Assembly: GCF_009914755.1 (NCBI RefSeq)
Contig: NC_060925.1
Length of the DNA stretch: 64,000 nt
Direction: 5' to 3' (one strand)
Source of the DNA: the human T2T-CHM13v2.0 reference genome, Homo sapiens
The position numbers and the translations under genes were made by a program. The notes under the pieces were generated by a model that had not been told where the DNA came from, did no database searches, and saw only the letters and a program-made list of their open reading frames with translations. How positions within the stretch are numbered: position 1 is the first letter of the stretch; every line of letters starts with the position of its first letter. This document shows, piece by piece, positions 1-11,719 of this stretch.

Positions 1-180
1 TATAGGAAGATATTTCCTATTCTACCATTGACCTCAAAGCGGCTGAAATCTCCACTTGCAAATTCCACAAAAAGAGTGTTTCAAGTCTGCTCTGTGTAAA
101 GGATCGTTCAACTCTGAGTTGAATACACACAACACAAGGAAGTTACTGAGAATTCTTCTGTCTAGCAGAATATGAAGAAA

Positions 181-197
181 TCCCGTTTCCAACGAAG
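181..197 (-). promoter_or_regulatory. CENP-B box (first copy; recurs once per ~340-bp dimer across the window)
   Basis: Plus strand TCCCGTTTCCAACGAAG = minus strand CTTCGTTGGAAACGGGA, matching all 9 core positions of nTTCGnnnnAnnCGGGn. Confidence 0.97.
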
Positions 198-351
198 GCC
201 TCAAGGAGGTCTGAATATCCACTTGCAGACTTTACAAACAGAGTGTTTCTTAACTGCTCTATGAAAAGAAAGGTTAAACTCTGTGAGTTGAACACACACA
301 TCACAAAGGAGTTTCTGAGAATCATTCTGTCTAGTTTTTCTACGAAGATAT

Positions 352-368
352 TTCCTTTTCTACTATTG
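352..368 (-). promoter_or_regulatory. pJalpha-like box position of the A-type (non-CENP-B) monomer; representative copy
   Basis: TTCCTTTTCTACTATTG (commonly TTCCTTTTCTACCATTG) lies 171 bp from the CENP-B box at the homologous position and resembles the reverse complement of CTAYGGTGRAAAAGGAA. The match is imperfect. Confidence 0.6.
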
Positions 369-782
369 ACCTCAAAGCGGCTGAAATCTCCACTTGCAAA
401 TTCCACAAAAAGAGTGTTTCAAGTCTGCTCTCTGTAAAGGATCGTTCAACTCTGAGTTGAATACACACAACACAAGGAAGTTACTGAGAATTCTTCTGTC
501 TAGCAGAATATGAAGAAATCCCGTTTCCAACGAAGGCCTCAAGGAGGTCTGAATATCCACTTGCAGACTTTACAAACAGAGTGTTTCTTAACTGCTCTAT
601 GAAAAGAAAGGTTAAACTCTGTGAGTTGAACACACACATCACAAAGGAGTTTCTGAGAATCATTCTGTCTAGTTTTTCTACGAAGATATTTCCTTTTCTA
701 CTATTGACCTCAAAGCGGCTGAAATCTCCACTTGCAAATTCCACAAAAAGAGTGTTTCAAGTCTGCTCTGTGTAAAGGATCG

Positions 783-801
783 TTCAACTCTGTGAGTTGA
801 A
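783..801. repeat. Perfect short inverted repeat TTCAACTC-TGT-GAGTTGAA (8-bp arms, 3-nt loop), present in most dimers; representative copy
   Basis: TTCAACTC (783-790) is the exact reverse complement of GAGTTGAA (794-801). Confidence 0.9.
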
Positions 802-3568
802 TAAACACAACACAAGGAAGTTACTGAGAATTCTTCTGTCTAGCAGAATATGAAGAAATCCCGTTTCCAACGAAGGCCTCAAGGAGGTCTGAATATCCAC
901 TTGCAGACTTTACAAACAGAGTGTTTCCTAACTGCTCTATGAAAAGAAAGGTTAAACTCTGTGAGTTGAACACACACATCACAAAGGAGTTTCTGAGAAT
1001 CATTCTGTCTAGTTTTTCTACGAAGATATTTCCTTTTCTACTATTGACCTCAAAGCGGCTGAAATCTCCACTTGCAAATTCGACAAAAAGAGTGTTTCAA
1101 GCCTGCTCTCTGTAAAGGATCCTTCAACTCTGTGAGTTGAATACACACAACACAAGGAAGTTACTGAGAATTATTCTGTCTAGCATAATATGAAGAAATC
1201 CCGTTTCCAACGAAGACCTCAAAGAGGTCTGAATATCCACTTGCAGACTTTACAAACAGAGTGTTTCCTAACTGCTCTATGAGAAGAAAAGTTAAACTCT
1301 GTGAGTTGAACGCACACATCACAAAAGATTTTCTGAGAATCATTCTGTCTAGTCTTTATATGAAGATAGTTTCCTTTTCTACCATTGACCTCAAAGCGGC
1401 TGAAATCTCCACTTGCAAATTCCACAAAAAGAGTGTTTCAAGTCTGCTCTGTGTAAAGGATCGTTCAACTCTGTGAGTTGAATACACACAACACAAGGAA
1501 GTTACTGAGAATTCTTCTGTCTAGCAGAATATGAAGAAATCCCGTTTCCAACGAAGGCCACAAGATGTCAGAATATCCACTTACAGACTTTACAAACAGA
1601 GTGTTTCCTAACTGCTCTATGAACAGAAAGGTTAAACTCTGTGAGTTGAACGAACACATCACAACGCAGTTTCTGGGAATGATTCTGTCTAGTTTTAAAA
1701 CGAAGATATTTCCTTTTCTGCCATTGACCTTAAAGCGCTTGAAATCTACACTTGCAAATTGCACAAATAGAGTGTTTCAAATCTGCTCTGTCTAAGGGAA
1801 CGTTCAACTCTGTGAGTTGAATGCACACAACACAAGGAAGTTACTGGGAATTCTTCTGTCTAGCCTTACATGAAAAAAACCCGTTTCCAACGAAGGCCTC
1901 TAAGTGGTCAAAATTTCCACGTGCAGACTTTACAAACAGAGTGTTTCCAAACCGCTGAATGAAAAGAAAAGTTAAACTCTGAGAGTTGAACGCACACATC
2001 ACGCAGCAGTTTCTGAGAATGATTCTGTATAGTTTTTATACGAAGATATTTCCTTTTCTGCCTTTGGCCCCAAAGCGCTTGAAATCTCCACTTGCAAATT
2101 CCACAAAAACAGTGTTTCAAATCTGCTCTCTCTAAATGATAGTTCAACTCTGTCAGTTGAATACACACAACACAAGGAAGTTACTGAGAATTCTTCTGTC
2201 TAGCATAATATGAAGAAATCCCGTTTGCAACGAAGGCCTCAAAGGGTTCTGAATATCCACTTGCAGACTTTATAAACAGAGTGTTTACTAACTGCTCTAT
2301 GAAAAGAAAGGTTAAACTCTGTGAGTTGAACACACACATCACAAAGGAGTTTCTGAGAATCATTCTGTCTAGTTTTCCTACGAAGATATTTCCTTTTCTA
2401 CTATTGACCTCAAAGCGGCTGAAATCTCCACTTGCAAATTCCACAAAAAGAGTGTTTCAAGTCTGCTCTGTGTAAAGGATCGTTCAACTCTGTGAGTTGA
2501 ATGCACACAACACAAGGAAGTTACTGAGAATTCTTCTGTCTAGCAGAATATGAAGAAATCCCGTTTCCAACGAAGGCCTCAAAGAGGTCTGAATATCCAC
2601 TTGCAGACTTTACAAACAGAGTGTTTCCTAACTGCTCTATGAAAAGAAAGGTTAAACTCTGTGAGTTGAACGCACACATCACAAAGGAGTTTCTGAGAAT
2701 CATTCTGTCTAGTTTCTATAGGAAGATATTTCCTATTCTACCATTGACCTCAAAGCGGCTGAAATCTCCACTTGCAAATTCCACAAAAAGAGTGTTTCAA
2801 GTCTGCTCTGTGTAAAGGATCGTTCAACTCTGAGTTGAATACACACAACACAAGGAAGTTACTGAGAATTCTTCTGTCTAGCAGAATATGAAGAAATACC
2901 GTTTCCAACGAAGGCCTCAAGGAGGTCTGAATATCCACTTGCAGACTTTACAAACAGAGTGTTTCTTAACTGCTCTATGAAAAGAAAGGTTAAACTCTGT
3001 GAGTTGAACACACACATCACAAAGGAGTTTCTGAGAATCATTCTGTCTAGTTTTTCTACGAAGATATTTCCTTTTCTACTATTGACCTCAAAGCGGCTGA
3101 AATCTCCACTTGCAAATTCCACAAAAAGAGTGTTTCAAGTCTGCTCTGTGTAAAGGATCGTTCAACTCTGTGAGTTGAATACACACAACACAAGGAAGTT
3201 ACTGAGAATTCTTCTGTCTAGCAGAATATGAAGAAATCCCGTTTCCAACGAAGGCCTCAAAGAGGTCTGAATATCCACTTGCAGACTTTACAAACAGAGT
3301 GTTTCCTAACAGTTCTATGAAAAGAAAGGTTAAACTCTGTGAGTTGAACGCACACATCACAAAGGAGTTTCTGAGAATCGTTCTGTCTAGTTTCTATAGG
3401 AAGATATTTCCTATTCTACCATTGACCTCAAAGCGGCTGAAATCTCCACTTGCAAATTCCACAAAAAGAATGTTTCAAGTCTGCTCTGTGTAAAGGATCG
3501 TTCAACTCTGTGAGTTGAATACATACAACACAAGGAAGTTACTGAGAATTCTTCTGTCTAGCAGAATA
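790..3568. repeat. Duplicated block, copy 1 (~2.8 kb; partner ~8941-11719, offset 8151)
   Basis: The same ORF-fingerprint series recurs at constant offset 8151 (921/9072, 1261/9412, 1565/9716, 2281/10432, 2959/11110, 3299/11450). Shared rare variants: AAATGATAGTT, CTGTATAG, the 2-bp loop deletion, AACAGTTCTATG and AATACATAC. Confidence 0.88.
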
Positions 3569-6500
3569 TGAAGAAATCCCGTTTCCAACGAAGGCCTCAA
3601 GGAGGACTGAATATCCACTTGCAGGCTTTACAAACAGAGTGTTTCCTAACTGCTCTATGAGAAGAAAAGTTAAACTCTGTGAGTTGAACGCACACATCAC
3701 AAAAGATTTTCTGAGAATCATTCTGTCTAGTCTTTATATGAAGATAGTTTCCTTTTCTACCATTGACCTCAAAGCGGCTGAAATCTCCACTTGCAAATTC
3801 CACAAAAAGAGTGTTTCAAGTCTGCTCTGTGTAAAGGATCGTTCAACTCTGTGAGTTGAATACACACAACACAAGGAAGTTACTGAGAATTCTTCTGTCT
3901 AGCAGAATATGAAGAAATCCCGTTTCCAACGAAGGCCACAAGATGTCAGAATATCCACTTACAGACTTTACAAACAGAGTGTTTCCTAACTGCTCTATGA
4001 ACAGAAAGGTTAAACTCTGTGAGTTGAACGAACACATCACAACGCAGTTTGTGGGAATGATTCTGTCTAGTTTTGAAACGAAGATATTTCCTTTTCTGCC
4101 GTTGACCTTAAAGAGCTTGAAAACTACACTTGCAAATTGCACAAATAGAGTGTTTCAAATCTGCTCTGTCTAAGGGAACGTTCAACTCTGTGAGTTGAAT
4201 GCACACAACACAAGGAAGTTACTGGGAATTCTTCTGTCTAGCCTTACATGAAAAAAACCAACGAAGGCCTCTAAGTGGTCAAAATTTCCACGTGCAGACT
4301 TTACAAACAGAGTGTTTCCAAACCGCTGAATGAAAAGAAAAGTTAAACTCTGAGAGTTGAACCCACACATCACGCAGCAGTTTCTGAGAATGATTCTGTC
4401 TAGTTTTTATACGAAGATATTTCCTTTTCTGCCTTTGGCCCCAAAGCGCTTGAAATCTCCACTTGCAAATTCCACAAAAACAGTGTTTCAAATCTGCTCT
4501 CTCTAAATGAAAGTTCAACTCTGTCAGTTGAATACACACAACACAAGGAAGTTACTGAGAATTCTTCTGTCTAGCATAATATGAAGAAATCCCGTTTCCA
4601 ACGAAGGCCTCAAAGGGGTCTGAATATCCACTTGCAGACTTTATAAACAGAGTGTTTACTAACTGCTCTATGAAAAGAAAGGTTAAACTCTGTGAGTTGA
4701 ACACACACATCACAAAGGAGTTTCTGAGAATCATTCTGTCTAGTTTTTCTACGAAGATATTTCCTTTTCTACTACTGACCTCAAAGCGGCTGAAATCTCC
4801 ACTTGCAAATTCCACAAAAAGAGTGTTTCAAGTCTGCTCTGTGTAAAGGATCGTTCAACTCTGTGAGTTGAATACACACAACACAAGGAAGTTACTGAGA
4901 ATTCTTCTGTCTAGCAGAATAGGAAGAAATCCCGTTTCCAACGAAGGCCTCAAAGAGGTCTGAATATCCACTTGCAGACTTTACAAACAGAGTGTTTCCT
5001 AACTGCTCTATGAAAAGAAAGGTTAAACTCTGTGAGTTGAACGCACACATCACAAAGGAGTTTCTGAGAATCGTTCTGTCTAGTTTCTATAGGAAGATAT
5101 TTCCTATTCTACCATTGACCTCAAAGCGGCTGAAATCTCCACTTGCAAATTCCACAAAAGAATGTTTCAAGTCTGCTCTGTGTAAAGGATCGTTCAACTC
5201 TGTGAGTTGAATACACACAACACAAGGAAGTTACTGAGAATTCTTCTGTCTAGCATAATATGAAGAAATCCCGTTTCCAACGAAGGCCTCAAAGAGGTCT
5301 GAATATCCACTTGCAGACTTTACAAACAGAGTGTTTCCTAACGGCTCTATGAAAAGAAAAGTTAAACTCTGTGAGTTGAACGCACACATCACAAAGGAGT
5401 TTCTGAGAATCATTCTGTCTAGTCTTTATACGAAGATATTTCCTTTTCTACCATTGACCTCAAAGCGGCTGAAATCTCCACTTGCAAATTCCACAAAAAG
5501 AGTGTTTCAAGTCTGCTCTGTGTAAAGGATCGTTCAACTCTGTGAGTTGAATACACACAACACAAGGAAGTTACTGAGAATTCTTCTGTCTAGCAGAATA
5601 TGAAGAAATCCCGTTTCCAACGAAGGCCTCAAGGAGGTCTGAATATCCACTTGCAGACTTTACAAACAGAGTGTTTCCTAACTGCTCTATGAACAGAAAG
5701 GTTAAACTCTGTGAGTTGAACGCACACATCACAAAGGAGTTTCTGAGAATCATTCTGTCTAGTCTTTATACGAAGATATTTACTTTTCTACCATTGACCT
5801 CAAAGCGGCTGAAATCTCCACTTGCAAATTCCACAAAAAGAATGTTTCAAGTCTGCTCTGTGTAAAGGATCATTCAACTCTGTGAGTTGAATAAACACAA
5901 CACAAGGAAGTTACTGAGAATTCTTCTGTCTAGCAGAATATGAAGAAATCCCGTTACCATCGAAGGCCTCAAGGAGGTCTGAATATCCACTTGCAGACTT
6001 TACAAACAGAGTGTTTCCTAACTGCTCTATGAAAAGAAAGGTTAAACTCTGTGAGTTGAACGCACACATCACAAAGGAGTTCATGAGAATCATTCTGTCT
6101 AGTTTCTATAAGAAGATATTTCCTATTCTACCATTGACCTCAAAGCGGCTGAAATCTCCACTTGCAAATTCGACAAAAAGAGTGTTTCAAGCCTGCTCTC
6201 TGTAAAGGATCCTTCAACTCTGTGAGTTGAATAGACACAACACAAGGAAGTTACTGAGAATTATTCTGTCTAGCAGAATATGAAGAAATCCCGTTTCCAA
6301 CGAAGGCCTCAAAGAGGTCTGAATATCCACTTGCACACTTTACAAACAGAGTGTTTCCTAACTGCTCTATGAGAAGAAAAGTTAAACTCTGTGAGTTGAA
6401 CGCACACATCACAAAAGATTTTCTGAGAATCATTCTGTCTAGTCTTTATATGAAGATAGTTTCCTTTTCTACCATTGACCTCAAAGCGGCTGAAATCTCC

Positions 6501-8940
6501 ACTTGCAAATTCCACAAAAAGAGTGTTTCAAGTCTGCTCTGTGTAAAGGATCGTTCAACTCTGTGAGTTGAATACACACAACACAAGGAAGTTACTGAGA
6601 ATTCTTCTGTCTAGCATAATATGAAGAAATCCCGTTTCCAACGAAGGCCTCAAAGGGGTCTGAATATCCACTTGCAGACTTTATAAACAGAGTGTTTACT
6701 AACTGCTCTATGAAAAGAAAGGTTAAACTCTGTGAGTTGAACACACACATCACAAAGGAGTTTCTGAGAATCATTCTGTCTAGTTTTTCTACGAAGATAT
6801 TTCCTTTTCTACTATTGACCTCAAAGCGGCTGAAATCTCCACTTGCAAATTCCACAAAAAGAGTGTTTCAAGTCTGCTCTGTGTAAAGGATCGTTCAACT
6901 CTGTGAGTTGAATACACACAACACAAGGAAGTTACTGAGAATTCTTCTGTCTAGCAGAATAGGAAGAAATCCCGTTTCCAACGAAGGCCTCAAGGAGGTC
7001 TGAATATCCACTTGCAGACTTTACAAACAGAGTGTTTCCTAACTGCTCTATGAACAGAAAGGTTAAACGCTGTGAGTTGAACGCACACATCACAAAGGAG
7101 TTTCTGAGAATCATTCTGTCTAGTCTTTATACGAAGATATATACTTTTCTACCATTGACCTCAAAGCGGCTGAAATCTCCACTTGCAAATTCCACAAAAA
7201 GAGTGTTTCAAGTCTGCTCTGTGTAAAGGATCATTCAACTCTGTGAGTTGAATAAACACAACACAAGGAAGTTACTGAGAATTCTTCTGTCTAGCAGAAT
7301 ATGAAGAAATCCCGTTTCCAACGAAGGCCTCAAGGAGGTCTGAATATCCACTTGCAGACTTTACAAACAGAGTGTTTCCTAACTGCTCTATGAGAAGAAA
7401 AGTTAAACTCTGTGAGTTGAACGCACACATCACAAAAGGTTTTCTGAGAATCATTCTGTCTTGTCTTTATATGAAGATAGTTTCCTTTTCTACCATTGAC
7501 CTCAAAGCGGCTGAAATCTCCACTTGCAAATTCCACAAAAAGAGTGTTTCAAGTCTGCTCTGTGTAAAGGATCGTTCAACTCTGTGAGTTGAATACACAC
7601 AACACAAGGAAGTTACTGAGAATTCTTCTGTCTAGCAGAATATGAAGAAATCCCGTTTCCAACGAAGGCCACAAGATGTCAGAATATCCACTTACAGACT
7701 TTACAAACAGAGTGTTTCCTAACTGCTCTATGAACAGAAAGGTTAAACTCTGTGAGTTGAACGAACACATCACAACGCAGTTTGTGGGAATGATTCTGTC
7801 TAGTTTTGAAACGAAGATATTTCCTTTTCTGCTGTTGACCTTAAAGAGCTTGAAAACTACACTTGCAAATTGCACAAATAGAGTGTTTCAAATCTGCTCT
7901 GTCTAAGGGAACGTTCAACTCTGTGAGTTGAATGCACACAACACAAGGAAGTTACTGGGAATTCTTCTGTCTAGCCTTACATGAAAAAAACCCGTTTCCA
8001 ACGAAGGCCTCCAAATGGTCAAAATTTCCACGTGCAGACTTTACAAACAGAGTGTTTCCAAACCGCTGAATGAAAAGAAAAGTTAAACTCTGAGAGTTGA
8101 ACGCACACATTACGCAGCAGTTTCTGAGAATGATTGTGTCTAGTTTTTATACGAAGATATTTCCTTTTCTGCCTTTGGCCCCAAAGCGCTTGAAATCTCC
8201 ACTTGCAAATTCCACAAAAACAGTGTTTCAAATCTGCTCTCTCTAAATGAAAGTTCAACTCTGTCAGTTGAATACACACAACACAAGGAAGTTACTGAGA
8301 ATTCTTCTGTCTAGCATAATATGAAGAAATCCCATTTCCAACGAAGACCTCAAAGAGGTCTGAATATCCACTTGCAGACTTTATAAACAGAGTGTTTACT
8401 AACTGCTCTATGAAAAGAAACGTTAAACTCTGTGAGTTGAACACACACATCACAAAGGAGTTTCTGAGAATCATTCTGTCTAGTTTTTCTACGAAGATAT
8501 TTCCTTTTCTACTATTGACCTCAAAGCGGCTGAAATCTCCACTTGCAAATTCCACAAAAAGAGTGTTTCAAGTCTGCTCTGTGTAAAGGATCGTTCAACT
8601 CTGTGAGTTGAATACACACAACACAAGGAAGTTACTGAGAATTCTTCTGTCTAGCAGAATATGAAGAAATCCCGTTTCCAACGAAGGCCTCAAGGAGGTC
8701 TGAATATCCACTTGCAGACGTTACAAACAGAGTGTTTCCTAACTGCTCTATGAAAAGAAAGGTTAAACTCTGTGAGTTGAACGCACACATCACAAAGGAG
8801 TTTATGAGAATCATTCTGTCTAGTCTTTATACGAAGATATTTCCTTTTCTACCATTGACCTCAAAGCGGCTGAAATCTCCACTTGCAAATTCCAAAAAAA
8901 GAGTGTTTCAAGTCTGCTCTGTGTAAAGGATCATTCAACT

Positions 8941-11719
8941 CTGTGAGTTGAATAAACACAACACAAGGAAGTTACTGAGAATTCTTCTGTCTAGCAGAAT
9001 ATGAAGAAATCCCGTTTCCAACGAAGGCCTCAAGGAGGTCTGAATATCCACTTGCAGACTTTACAAACAGAGTGTTTCCTAACTGCTCTATGAAAAGAAA
9101 GGTTAAACTCTGTGAGTTGAACACACACATCACAAAGGAGTTTCTGAGAATCATTCTGTCTAGTTTTTCTACGAAGATATTTCCTTTTCTACTATTGACC
9201 TCAAAGCGGCTGAAATCTCCACTTGCAAATTCGACAAAAAGAGTGTTTCAAGCCTGCTCTCTGTAAAGGATCCTTCAACTCTGTGAGTTGAATACACACA
9301 ACACAAGGAAGTTACTGAGAATTATTCTGTCTAGCATAATATGAAGAAATCCCGTTTCCAACGAAGACCTCAAAGAGGTCTGAATATCCACTTGCAGACT
9401 TTACAAACAGAGTGTTTCCTAACTGCTCTATGAGAAGAAAAGTTAAACTCTGTGAGTTGAACGCACACATCACAAAAGATTTTCTGAGAATCATTCTGTC
9501 TAGTCTTTATATGAAGATAGTTTCCTTTTCTACCATTGACCTCAAAGCGGCTGAAATCTCCACTTGCAAATTCCACAAAAAGAGTGTTTCAAGTCTGCTC
9601 TGTGTAAAGGATCGTTCAACTCTGTGAGTTGAATACACACAACACAAGGAAGTTACTGAGAATTCTTCTGTCTAGCAGAATATGAAGAAATCCCGTTTCC
9701 AACGAAGGCCACAAGATGTCAGAATATCCACTTACAGACTTTACAAACAGAGTGTTTCCTAACTGCTCTATGAACAGAAAGGTTAAACTCTGTGAGTTGA
9801 ACGAACACATCACAACGCAGTTTCTGGAAATGATTCTGTCTAGTTTTAAAACGAAGATATTTCCTTTTCTGCCATTGACCTTAAAGCGCTTGAAATCTAC
9901 ACTTGCAAATTGCACAAATAGAGTGTTTCAAATCTGCTCTGTCTAAGGGAACGTTCAACTCTGTGAGTTGAATGCACACAACACAAGGAAGTTACTGGGA
10001 ATTCTTCTGTCTAGCCTTACATGAAAAAAACCCGTTTCCAACGAAGGCCTCTAAGTGGTCAAAATTTCCACGTGCAGACTTTACAAACAGAGTGTTTCCA
10101 AACCGCTGAATGAAAAGAAAAGTTAAACTCTGAGAGTTGAACGCACACATCACGCAGCAGTTTCTGAGAATGATTCTGTATAGTTTTTATACGAAGATAT
10201 TTCCTTTTCTGCCTTTGGCCCCAAAGCGCTTGAAATCTCCACTTGCAAATTCCACAAAAACAGTGTTTCAAATCTGCTCTCTCTAAATGATAGTTCAACT
10301 CTGTCAGTTGAATACACACAACACAAGGAAGTTACTGAGAATTCTTCTGTCTAGCATAATATGAAGAAATCCCGTTTCCAACGAAGGCCTCAAAGGGGTC
10401 TGAATATCCACTTGCAGACTTTATAAACAGAGTGTTTACTAACTGCTCTATGAAAAGAAAGGTTAAACTCTGTGAGTTGAACACACACATCACAAAGGAG
10501 TTTCTGAGAATCATTCTGTCTAGTTTTTCTACGAAGATATTTCCTTTTCTACTATTGACCTCAAAGCGGCTGAAATCTCCACTTGCAAATTCCACAAAAA
10601 GAGTGTTTCAAGTCTGCTCTGTGTAAAGGATCGTTCAACTCTGTGAGTTGAATACACACAACACAAGGAAGTTACTGAGAATTCTTCTGTCTAGCAGAAT
10701 ATGAAGAAATCCCGTTTCCAACGAAGGCCTCAAAGAGGTCTGAATATCCACTTGCAGACTTTACAAACAGAGTGTTTCCTAACTGCTCTATGAAAAGAAA
10801 GGTTAAACTCTGTGAGTTGAACGCACACATCACAAAGGAGTTTCTGAGAATCATTCTGTCTAGTTTCTATAGGAAGATATTTCCTATTCTACCATTGACC
10901 TCAAAGCGGCTGAAATCTCCACTTGCAAATTCCACAAAAAGAGTGTTTCAAGTCTGCTCTGTGTAAAGGATCGTTCAACTCTGAGTTGAATACACACAAC
11001 ACAAGGAAGTTACTGAGAATTCTTCTGTCTAGCAGAATATGAAGAAATCCCGTTTCCAACGAAGGCCTCAAGGAGGTCTGAATATCCACTTGCAGACTTT
11101 ACAAACAGAGTGTTTCTTAACTGCTCTATGAAAAGAAAGGTTAAACTCTGTGAGTTGAACACACACATCACAAAGGAGTTTCTGAGAATCATTCTGTCTA
11201 GTTTTTCTACGAAGATATTTCCTTTTCTACTATTGACCTCAAAGCGGCTGAAATCTCCACTTGCAAATTCCACAAAAAGAGTGTTTCAAGTCTGCTCTGT
11301 GTAAAGGATCGTTCAACTCTGTGAGTTGAATACACACAACACAAGGAAGTTACTGAGAATTCTTCTGTCTAGCAGAATATGAAGAAATCCCGTTTCCAAC
11401 GAAGGCCTCAAAGAGGTCTGAATATCCACTTGCAGACTTTACAAACAGAGTGTTTCCTAACAGTTCTATGAAAAGAAAGGTTAAACTCTGTGAGTTGAAC
11501 GCACACATCACAAAGGAGTTTCTGAGAATCGTTCTGTCTAGTTTCTATAGGAAGATATTTCCTATTCTACCATTGACCTCAAAGCGGCTGAAATCTCCAC
11601 TTGCAAATTCCACAAAAAGAATGTTTCAAGTCTGCTCTGTGTAAAGGATCGTTCAACTCTGTGAGTTGAATACATACAACACAAGGAAGTTACTGAGAAT
11701 TCTTCTGTCTAGCAGAATA
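8941..11719. repeat. Duplicated block, copy 2 (partner ~790-3568)
   Basis: Same markers as copy 1; about six substitutions seen by eye between the copies. Confidence 0.88.

Noticed and set aside
783-801. Hairpin as a terminator or structured ncRNA gene
   Set aside because: It is an intrinsic alphoid dyad with no U-tract and no transcription-unit context. Alpha-satellite transcription cannot be inferred from sequence.
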